Assembly: GCA_015680685.1 (NCBI GenBank)
Contig: MNCI01001713.1
Coordinates: 25,868 to 89,867 of the forward strand
Length of the DNA: 64,000 bases
Origin: Gnetum montanum
Taxonomy: Eukaryota > Plantae > Gnetophyta
Direction of reading: 5' to 3'
A program made the position numbers and the translations under genes. How positions within the stretch are numbered: the stretch's first letter is position 1; the number at the start of each line of letters is the position of its first letter. Below the pieces are notes generated by a model that worked only from the letters and a program-made list of their open reading frames with translations, was not told the origin of the DNA and did no database searches. Below are positions 14,325 to 26,300 of the stretch, in pieces.

Positions 14325-17300
14325 CCNTAGCTAACAAAATTAGAAGAATGCTTCGCTCTGTGACTTTGCAATTTCGAAAAGGTCAATGTTCCCAGTACAC
14401 ACTGATTCGTGATCAAACTGAATCAACTCATATCCATGACAGCCATAGTTATGGTTTTTTTTTTCTGAAAAATTGTCAAGCTATATTAATCCAAAAAAGA
14501 GAAAGCTGTACAAGGTGTATAGCATAGGTCAGTGTCATTTGACCCCATTCCCTCAAAAACTGCCAGACCATAAAACCTTCATGCAGTGTGCCTATTCTGC
14601 CGCCAAGCAGCATGCCTCTGAAATATTCCAGCCATCTGCAGGCTACTCGGGTGCCATTCCCATCTTCTGGCCTATCCTACTCCGCATTGAGCAACAACAC
14701 CTCCACTTCCCTGCAACAGCATCCAAGGACCTTGTTCTCTGCCCCACCATTGCTGGTACACTAGTCTTGGTTCCAGTGGCATTATAGGTGCACCCGCCCT
14801 CCATAGTGCCAATATTACCCTCAAGTGCTACCCAGGCCACCGCTGATGCAAGGAATCCCAAAAGAATTGGGGCAAGTTAATGGGAATACCATGCCTCATA
14901 TGCTTTAAAAACGCAAAATGAACTCCCATGAGCTTGTGGGAAAAGCCTGATTAAACAAAGTACCGCTCCACCAAAACCACCGTTTCCTGCCATATGCCCC
15001 TCAGCACTGATTTTCTGATGTGCCGCTAGTCGTCCTGGGTATTGTTCCCATAAAGAAATCCACTGCATCCGTCTAGGTCCAGACCACTGATGCAATGACC
15101 TCCCCCTCTGCCACTACTCCCAACACGGCAGCCAACATCTACACAGTCACCGTGATCCACCTACCCTGATACTGCATTTCGCCACCCTCCCAATTATCAA
15201 AGAACTGTGCATTGGAGAGTCCCAGTTCTCCTTCTATGCGTTTGAGTATGTCTACCCAACCCATCCTCTCCACAAGTGCCCACAGTTCATCCTCCCCCAC
15301 AAACTCTATCCATGAAGGCTCAAAGAGGAACCGCTACCCCATGACCTTCGTAGCCTCTACCCATAGCTAACGTGCCACCCTTGTAACCCTCCTTGACGGC
15401 CCAGGTAGCGTCAGCCCATGGAAGACCAACAAGTTCCTACGTTTCCAAAGCTCCCACAAAATGGCTAGCACAACAGAATCTCCATGGCAAAACGCAACTA
15501 GTGCAATGTTGGCAATATGCCAAATCTCCTGAATTACCCAACACCCATAAATAAAGTGTTGTAGTGTTTCGGGTTCAATGTTACATAGTGGACAGCTGTC
15601 ATCCACTTGCACTCCCCTCTCCCACAATGTGGCTCTCAGGGGTAGCGCCTTGTGTTTAACCAACCATCCAAAGGCTTTTATTTTTTTGGGTAGTTGGCCC
15701 CTCTAGACCTCCATCCATCCATTCTCTGGTGGGTACAAGGACTTCACCACCTCCTTTGGGTGTTTCTCCAACAAGTCCAAGGGTTCCACCTTTCTAACAT
15801 GGTTGCACAAGTTTTGCCAAAGCTGGGAGCTTCCCGCATCGACCTCCCATCTATTGTACTTCTATCTTAGCAATTGCACCCATAGCACCGTCCAACCCAT
15901 TTGGCCGAGAAACCTGTTTACCAGCCTTTGTAGTCCCAAGGTCACCTCATCCCAAAACTACAGAATGCCAATTCCACCTGCCAACTTTGGGCGCACTGTT
16001 AGAGCCCAAGACCCCAAATGCATCTTTATGCCTCCTTTCCTCCCTAACCACACAAAGTCTCTGATGATCCTGTCAATTTTCTGTAGCACCACAGTCAGCA
16101 GTGTTGCCATAGATGCCACAAACCTGGTCGTCACCATTAGTATTGTTAAGGCAAGAATCATCTTTCCTTTGCATGACAAGAAACGACCAGTCTAGAGCAT
16201 GGTTTTTGCCTGCAACTCCTTTCCTCCCTAACCACACAAAGTCTCTGATGATCCTGTCAATTTTCTGTAGCACACCAGTCAGTGGTGTTGCCATGGGTGC
16301 CACAAACCTAGTCGTCACCATTAGTATTGTTGAGGCAAGAATCATCTTTCCTTTGCATGACAAGAAACAACCAGTCTAGAGCATGGTTTTTGCCTACAAC
16401 TGCTCAACAGCCTCATCCACACCCTCTTCTATTGCTAGCCAAAGATGGGCATTCCCAAGTAGGTGTCCTACATCCGGCTTGACAGAATGCCCAGCGTTTG
16501 AACGATTCTACTCCCGACCATTCCCACCATGTTGACGATGTGGATGACCGAGTTTCCGTTGTTGATTTCTAAGCCCACCTCACATTGCATTTTGCCCAAT
16601 GCCCATGTTAGGGCCTCTAACTACGACACTACCACCCTAGTGAAAATCATCGTGTCGTCTACATAGTGTGTTGCAATGCACCCTACCAATGTTTAGCCCT
16701 TGTACCCCTTCAGCGAGGCAGTAATTTTTGAGTAGATCCATCACCCATTATAAACAAGAGCGGTGACAAAGGATCTCCTTGCCACATCCCTCTCTCCAAT
16801 CCTTCGAACCCCCAAAGCCTCATGTCAATGCCAAATGAGTAGTGGTTGCCCCTTTGCATTTGAATGCACAGGTTAACAAACCTAGCATCGAACCACTTCA
16901 ACAGCATGACTTCCCGAAGCACCGTCCAGCTTACTATATCATATGCCTTGGTCATATCTAGCTTAATGCACATTCCTAGGAATTTGGCCAACTTGAGTGA
17001 GTGCAGGATCTCCTGCAACAACAGTACCTGATCTTGTAGGAACTAGCCTTTGACAAGCCTAGCTTGATGTTTCCCCACCAATTTTGTCATTAATGGTACC
17101 AACCGCCCAACCAGCATCTTTGAGAATATTTGATGGGCCAAAATTGTCCTGATGAGGTCGGATGTGGCACTTTGAGCAGCAATACCACACATGAGCAATT
17201 GATTTCTCTCCACACTTGTTGCCAGTTGAGCATTCGATTAAAGGCATCTAACAGATTGAACCCCCCCCCCCCCCCCCCCCCCCCCCTCACNNNNNNNNNN

Positions 17301-20300
17301 NNNNNNNNNNNNNNNNNNNNNNNNNNNNNNNNNNNNNNNNNNNNNNNNNNNNNNNNNNNNNNNNNNNNNNNNNNNNNNNNNNNNNNNNNNNNNNNNNNNN
17401 NNNNNNNNNNNNNNNNNNNNNNNNNNNNNNNNNNNNNNNNNNNNNNNNNNNNNNNNNNNNNNNNNNNNNNNNNNNNNNNNNNNNNNNNNNNNNNNNNNNN
17501 NNNNNNNNNNNNNNNNNNNNNNNNNNNNNNNNNNNNNNNNNAGATGTCTTCGAACTCCTGAAAAAATTCAATGGGCCACCTGTTCGGCCCTAGTGCTTTA
17601 TTAGGCTACATGGACCTCATTGCCATCTTCATCTCCTCCCGTGAGAAAGGCCACATCAGGCCATGATTGTCTACCCTTGTGAGGACCTATGGCACCGAAA
17701 TGGAGATCTGCTCCGTGCCCCGCCACCACCAAATCCCAACCTAGAAAGCACATAATTCTTCTAACCCTTGCATACCACTCTACGGCCCTTCCCCACCCAT
17801 GCCCTCAAGTAGGTGCTGTATTTTGGTCTTGGATGCTTGTTTGGCCTTTACAGTAGCAAAGAAAAAGCATGTGTTTGTCCCCTTCCTGCAACCAAGACAC
17901 CCACGATTGTTGCCTCCAATAGCTTTCTTCCTCGATATCAAGTTCTTGGAGCTCCCATTATAGCTCCTACTCCTCGTTTTCCAAGTCTGCCCCCGTCTCT
18001 TGCAACTATTGGATTTCCCGTAACCTCTCCTGCACATGCTTCCTATAGCCTTTGAAATTGTATTTTTCAATTGTCTTTGGCCTTGATCTGTTGTTTGAGT
18101 GACCACGGGCCATTTTTCAAAAACTCTCTAGGTTACTCTCCTATGTAATCCTACCAAATATTCTGCACCAATGGTTTTAGCCACTATTTGTCCAGCCAAG
18201 TCCTTTCAAATCGAAATGGCCAAGGGGCCTAGTCCCTACCAAACCGGAACTAACAAAGAATGGACCAGTGGTTCGAAGCTTGTCTTTCTTTCCCCACCAC
18301 CTAAATTTCATATTCCAACATGAGGCTCGAACTGACCCAAACCCGGTCAATCCTAGATTGCACCCAATCCAACCCTCGTCGCCTATTACTCCATGTATAC
18401 CTACAGCCCGCAATTTCCAGATCCACTAGATCGTAGTTGCGGATGAAATCAGTGAACTCCTCAGCCCGCAATTTTCCCAACAATACATCCTCTAGTTAAA
18501 ATCACCAATCAGCATCCACCTAGCAGTGTTGGGGATCAAACTAGCAACATGCCTCAACTCCTAGACACAAGCCTTCCAGATCTATGCCTTGTAGATGTTG
18601 GTAAGCCAGAGGTCTGCCTAGGGTACGTGGACAATCTAACTCTAGTTGGAGTCGTCCATAGGGCTTATCAGAATCTTAGCCAAGATTGCCCATCCTCCCA
18701 CACAACCTCTGCTCAGCACCAGTTGCACGTGCCATCCCTCCCATTGCAGCAACTTCCATTTTGATGCCTGCAACTTCATCTCCTACAGACATACCACATC
18801 ACATCCTTCTTCCCAAACTATCATTTCCAAGGTATTTCTTTTGTACAGGGTACCCTATCCCCGATAGTTCCAAGAGAGAACTTTCATGGGGATACAATTA
18901 CACGTCTATGATACACCTCCCAGAGTGTTCTTTGCACCCCAAATCAATGTTCAGCTACGTGGACTTCTTTCACACTACTAATGTGCCCAAGCGCCCAACT
19001 TTGCTCCCTAGCAAGGTGGCGACAACACCTTGAGTACCTTCACCCTTTGCTACCAGTATATCCTTCATCTTTGGTTGAGATGACCCCCTGCCAAGTGTGA
19101 TCCATTCCCCCAACGGGGGCAACTCCAGCCCTTGCACCTCCGACGATGCCAACCGCTTAACCAACAAGGTACAGGGCGAACCTGATATCTCCCTGCTCCC
19201 CCTACCCATCCTAAGGTAGTATTCCAGCTTCCTGACCCTTCATCGACGGGTTCTCCTCTGTTTCCATATCAATGCGGGGCATTGCAATCCCCACCCGTAG
19301 ATCCTGCTTGCCCCCATCCTTTGTAGCGGGGCATGGATTATGGGGTCGCCCACCATTCATCAGCTACCCCAACTTCAAGATCCGACCTTTCAAACCCACC
19401 AAATTCCATCCTGGTTGAGTTCCCTGCGGCCAAACCCGACACTCTACAATTGGATGCCCTTTCCTGCACATCTTGCACACAAGCAGTAATTCCTCACAAG
19501 CCTTTGGCAGGTTTTCAAACCGAACTTTGATTTTTTCTTCCCCCATGGTTGTTTCCAGGATGACCTCACTCACCATATCCTCAGACCCTAAAGACCTCCA
19601 AACGCAGAAGCCGGCATACCCCATTCTATCCATTGACATCGTAAAGGCATCAAATTTGATAAACTCACCAAATAGGCCAACCAGGAACTTCAAAAATCCT
19701 AAGAGCTAGTACTCTAGCAACAAGTCAAAAATCTAGATCCACACCAACGCTCAGTCAAACAGACTTGCATCATGGTTTGCCCCCTACTGCCAAGGGGCCA
19801 AAGCAAGCCCACGGGCCCTGTAGAACCACAGGCCCCCCAAGAGCACCTGCTCTCTATCCACATCCATTTGGAAGCTAAAAAGCAACCAATCATCAGCCAA
19901 ACTCCTTACTTTGACATTCTGATTAGGTCCATCCTTGGGTGCACTCCTTCGGACAAATTTGCCTAGCAAACTCCACTCCAGTGCTTTTAAAGTCTCCTCT
20001 AGCAAGCATCGCACCTTGAGTTGCATGACAGCCCCTTCTTTGGAGCAGGCTTCGAAATCCTTGTTTCCCCTCTACCTCGCAGAAACCCTACCCCGTGCTC
20101 CATGCTCATCTCTATTCATCATATCTCCTCCAATCACAGCCATAAACTTGCTTTAATATACGTTGCTAATTTTGCTCTTTTTGACTTACCACCTCCTGCA
20201 CCAGGCAGAACTGCTGTTACGGTATCAAGGCTAGCGTAATGATAAAATAAAAAAATTGATCATCTACGCAATCTAAAAAGTCTTTAATTCCTTGTTAGAA

Positions 20301-23300
20301 AACATATACTCATTCCTGCCAACTTGTTTTTTATCAGGCAATTGAACTTATCATCAGTACTCCGTAAGGACTCGTTTCAAATGTCTTCATATCAAAATCT
20401 GTTAAAACTGATACAGTGGTGCGAGTGGCACTTAAAACAGCGATCTTCTCCATGATAACTGTTTCCTTAAAAAGGCCATACCACAAACATTCTACTTACT
20501 TTCAGGTTTTTCTTTTAAAAACAAGTCAAATTACACTATACTATAACTTAGACAGGATTTTAATGAGGAAATTCAACGGCAGTGGGATGCAGAGGTCCAG
20601 AAGAGACAAACGTCACTGCAACCCTGCAACCATCAACTGATAAGAAACGAAAAATCGTCAAAATGCTTCTAATACGCACTGGTTGGTGAGGACAACATTG
20701 GCAATCAAAACCTCAAGAAGACAACCCAAGCAAACAAATAAAAGAAAAGATCCAGCAATACAAGTGCCTAGTATGCAATAAAAAAAGACAGCAGCTTAGG
20801 ATGCATCTTGCCAAAGTTGGAATATTACTCAGGAAAGATCCTAGGAGTGTTTGATAGCTTTTATGAAATAGAAGCAAGCCTGTAAATACCTTTTGCTGCT
20901 CTCTACTTCTGTCAGAAGATTCTCACAAATCCAATTTCCCAATGAAACACATAATCAATAATTCTAACAGTATAAAATTACAGAAATGGGCAGGCTCTTT
21001 GCCCGATGTTGCTAAGGCTGCCCATTGTTGCATGCCGACCTTGGCTACTACACTCAGAATGCACTACAATTCACATCCAGATATGGTTGGTTGTCATAAA
21101 AGAAAAAGCAATAACCAGAAAAAGTGAAAAAATAAAAGCATCTTGTTGCATGCTTAGCAAAAGTGAGAGGCCAACAAGGAGGACGTGTTTACAGTAGCTG
21201 TAAGGTCAATGTAATGACTGTCCAGAATTAAATTCTAAAAATTTGGTGAGAATCTGATAAAAATATTGAAATTTTGATTCACCATAGGTCATGGTATTAC
21301 AACACAAGTCATGGTCAATGAACCAAAATCAAACCACAAGCCATAGTTAATGGAAGCAGAGATAATTCAAATTGAGGATACCATGAGTTGCGGTATACTG
21401 AAACAGTGAAAATATTGAAACTGATGATTTCATGGGTGTAGCATGAAGGTACCATGGGTTGTAGTGTTTTTGCCTTAATTTTTTGAAGGGACAATGAGTT
21501 GTGGTTAATGTCTACAGGTTGTGGTTGATAAAAATAATGGAAATTTGATTCACCATGGGTCATGGTATTACAACATGAGTCATGGTAAATGAAACATGAT
21601 CAAACCACAAGTCATGGTTAATAGAAACAGAGAAATAATTTGAACTAAGGATATTACAAGTCATGGTATAGTGAAACAGAGAAAATATTAAAACTGAGGA
21701 TTCCACAAGTGCAACAAGTGGGTACCATGGGTTGTGGTGTTTTTGCCTTAATTTTTTGAAGGGACTACAAGTCATGGTAAATAACCATAGGTCGTGGTTG
21801 ATAAAAATAATCAAAATTTGATTTACCACAGGTCATGGTATTATAGCATGAATCATGGTCAATGAACTATGATCGAACCATGAGTCATGGTTAATGGAAA
21901 CAAAGAAATAATTCAAACTAAGGATACCAAAAGTCATGCTATACTAAAACAAAAAATTATTAAAACTAATGATTCCATGGGTGCAACAAGAGGGTATCAT
22001 GGGTTGTTGTGTTTTTTCCTTAATTTTCTTAAGGGGCCATAAGTCATGGTAAATGACCACAGGGTGTGGTTGAGTTGTGGTCGATAATTTCAGTGATCAT
22101 AAGTAGTGGTGACCTCATAGTTTAATTCTGAGTGGACCACAAGCTGACCACGAGTCATGGTCTATATTTTGATGATACCATGTATTGTGATTAGGTAGGT
22201 GGTGGCGAGACAGAAATCTTAAATTTTGAGAAATTTTGAAATCAAATTTCAATGCAGATTTGATTCTTGATGTTGCCCAAAGTTGCTAAATTATCTGTGA
22301 TGAAGATTTGAACAACTTGAATCAAATATGAGATGAAATTATGAGTTTAAAACATTGATGACTATTGTTCTTCTGAATTATCAAAATCTAAAATGATAGG
22401 ATGAAAATTGTTGATCTTGATTGGAAATCTTACATATGTTGATGAGTTGCTGATGATGATGATTGGTGCAGATGTTGAGGGCTTGATGATGTTGAGATAG
22501 TTGATACTGGATGAGAGCAAACTTGGTGAATCCGAGAATAATTGAGAATTTAAGCTTGAAGAAGATGTAAAAGTTAGAGAGCAATAAGAGCTTGAAAAAT
22601 TCGTATGCAATCTTTATTGACTAAAAAAACAAAGTATTACAACATGGTATGGCCTTGAAATTTATAGAAAATAATTAAGGCCATACTAAGGGGCATTGAA
22701 AAGTCATTCCCCAATAAAACAATTAATAAATTTAGGAAAAACATGGATAAATTAGGGCCAAAAGATGTAAAAGTTAGAGAGCAATAAGAACTCAAAAAGT
22801 TAGTTACTGGCCCTTATTGCCTAAAAAGGAAAATTTTACAACATGGTATGGCCTTGAAATTTATAGAAAATAATTAGGGCCATACTAAGGGGCATTAAAA
22901 GGTCATTCCCCAATAAAATAATGAATAAATTTGGGAAAATAAGGATGGACTGGGACCAAAATAGAGTACATCCACTCAACCATAAACTTGGATACACACA
23001 AAAAGACATTGTAAACTAAACTAAATACAACATCCATATTTACATGTTGAACAAAATAAATGTCTTGTACTTCAGATACAACTCTGGTAGAAGCAAACTT
23101 GCAATCTCTCTATGCATGCCCACATTTACTACNCTAATGGGATCTAAAGTATTGGTGCTAGTATCAGTGTTACATTCTATTCCTGCATTAAATTATTGAT
23201 GTAACTTGACAATTCATAATTTTATATTCTAGAGTTATGAGTAATAATGATGTAATATTGTTACAAATGTGAAGCTAAGTCTTGTAGCTGTGTTATTTGA

Positions 23301-26300
23301 TTGGTAAGGGTTTTTAAAGTGACCAGTCATTGTTAGGTAATTACATATGGCTTCATTCTACATAGTTCTATAAGGTCCCTTTTCCTAGAAGTGATTTCTT
23401 TGAAATGTTCTATGTTGTTGAGAATCTTCTAGAAGGATAACTTCTAAATATTTCTAGATTTGAGTTTGCCTATTTAAGGGCTTGGTCTCTTGGTCATTGT
23501 AATTTAACACCTCATTTGGGTTGAGTAAACAATATGAGATGTGTTTCTCCTATGAATGTTCTCTTTTGTTCTTGAGGGTTTTACCTCATAAATCTTATAT
23601 CTTATATTTGTTGTTTTGCAGCATCTGCTGTTTTGGTTTTATACTCCATTTATTATTTTTAGGATCTTTTTTTTTCTATTGTATGTTTGTATTAAAAAGA
23701 AAACAACAATGGAGCAAATGAACCAAAAAAATGATAATGGTATCAAAGCAAGGTTAAGAGCTTGCTGAATTTTCTTTGTGACGGTTTCTTTTATATAGGT
23801 TGGAGCAAGGTTTGATAGTGCAAAGGTTTGGTTTGCATAAAAGAACAAAATTCTTGAATGTGGGTGCCGAAGGAATTCTAGGTTCTAGTAGTATTGTCTA
23901 TATCATAAATAAACAAGTGGGAAGATAAATTTTAAGGTGTTTCTTTGGNGCTACAAGACTTAGCTTCACATTTGTAACAATATTACATCATTATTACTCA
24001 TAACTCTAGAATATAAAATTATGAATTGTCAAGTTACATCAATAATTTAATGCAGGAATAGAATGTAACACTGATACTAGCACCAATACTTTAGATCCCA
24101 TTAGATCTTTGTAACTAAGCATGTTTGCGCTAAGGTAGTATCGGGATGGGTGACCTTTTGAGAAGTCCTAGTATTGCATCCACTTTTCTTAGGGGCAGCC
24201 ACTCGAAGAGGTTAGGCTTTTGTTCATATACCGACCCTCCTAGGACCCTACTTATATTTCTTGTAAAAATATATCTAAAAATTTATGCATCTTACTATTA
24301 GGGCCCATTAACAATATAGATTCTATAATCATAAAAAAAATTAGCAAAATAGAAACAAAAACCAACCACACATCTAAAGCCATTATGAAAGACAAAAAAA
24401 AAACTATAAGTAAGTCCCAAGCCATTACCAAACCAAGGTAAACACTTAGGCAATCAATTTCATTACCCTTCATCTCAATTTATACATATAGTTGCTTTCA
24501 AGCTAACCCAAAGTTCATTGAACCTTGATATATTCTACAAGTGTTTAGAAACTTCCTAAAAAGTCCAATGGCTAATATTGTTGGTCTCACTATTTATTCC
24601 AACAATCACCTCCTCAATGCTAAAATGAGGTACATAGTTGGGAATACACCCTCTTAACTCAAATTCCATCTCAAAATATGCACTATTCAATTTCATGCCA
24701 CATTTGATATATACATGCAAAACAATATATTTGGGCAATAAATCTACAAGGATAGTCCATCCTGCAAAATCGCAATGAACCTACAAGAATAATTTGTTTT
24801 GTGAAACTAACAACAAATACAATCCTTCTTGTGAAAATAACAAAGAACATGCAAGAGCAATCTATCTTATGAAACAACAAAAGACACACAAGAACAATCT
24901 ATCTTGCAAACACAACAACGAACCCACAATAACAACCCATCTTGCATACATAGCAATGAATCCACAAGAGCAACCAATCTTGCCAACATAGTAATGAACC
25001 TGTAACAACAACTATCTTGTGAACACAGCAACAAACATGCAATGACAACCCATCTTGCATACATAGCAACGAATCCATGAGAACAACCCATCTTACAAAC
25101 ACAACAATGAACCTGTAAGAGAAATATGTCTTGCAAAAATAACAATGAACCTTGCAAGAACAACCTATCTTGCAAAACAGCAGCAAAAACCTACAGGATA
25201 AACTATGGATCTCACTAATCCAATTACAGATTCTTCTGATCTACAATTAAGAGTAACTAAACTTAACATGGCTTCCAGCCATACTTAGCTATAAAGCCAT
25301 CAAAACCAACTAAAGCCACCGGTATTGTTTGCTACCCTCAATATCAAAGTTCATCCTTCACCTGTGCTGTCTACATTATTGTCACTGTCTGCAATTTCTG
25401 CAACTATGGTCACACTGCATACATCTACACTACCACTAACCTCACCATCAATGATCAAGTTGTAGTAAATTCCACCACAACAACAACCTTGTTCATCACT
25501 AACTACTACATAACTTCACGTTCATATTCAATGCTGCCAAAACCCTTAAAAATTTTATTGCCTTTATTATTGAACTATGTTTCTTGTTGAACCCTTGCTC
25601 ACCAAATCCAATAATTGAACATGTCATTAATAAAACCACTATTACTAAAGTCCCCATCACAGTTATATTTCACCTCATCATTACACATGATCTTTACCTA
25701 GCTCTACAACACTCTTGCAGAACATCCACAGTAAATCCTTACAGACCAGCAACAAAGCTATCATTCATATATACACACACCCTACACCAAATTGAATATA
25801 ATGAATAAATTGTCAAATTTGCAATTAGTATTCCTTATGCTTTGCAGCAACACCCATACCCTCATCACTGATGTTAAATCACACAAGTTGCAATATCACT
25901 ATTATGTTGCATCTAACTTATCGTTCAATTCTACAAGCTTTGATACCACTATTAGGATCCATCAGCAAAAATAGATTCTGCAATTAGAAACAAAATTAGC
26001 ACAATGGAAATAGAAACCAACCATATATCTGAAACCATCATGAAAATCAAGCACCTGAAACTAAGTCACATTTCCCAAGAAAACCAAGGCAAACACTCAA
26101 GCAATTTCATTACCCTTCATCTCAATTTAAACATGTGGTTGTTTTTAAGATAACCCAAGGTGCATTGAACCTCAATATATTCTCCATTTGCCCAGAAATT
26201 TAGTGGCTAATATTGTTGGCATTGCTATCTATTCCAGCACTTACAATATGAAACCATACTCATTTCGAATCATCTCTAAATCAATGTTTCTTTTTTTTCA

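Noticed and set aside
23134-24103. Perfect ~154-bp inverted repeat (23134-23288 vs 23950-24103), suggesting a MITE, foldback or hairpin RNA, including a second partial 5S copy
   Set aside because: Both arms start right after a single N and are identical. This pattern is typical of a mis-oriented contig with an unmerged overlap.
24061-24183. Functional 5S rRNA gene
   Set aside because: Single copy in an intron, with many C>T/G>A changes and no tandem array; treated as a pseudogene or element head.
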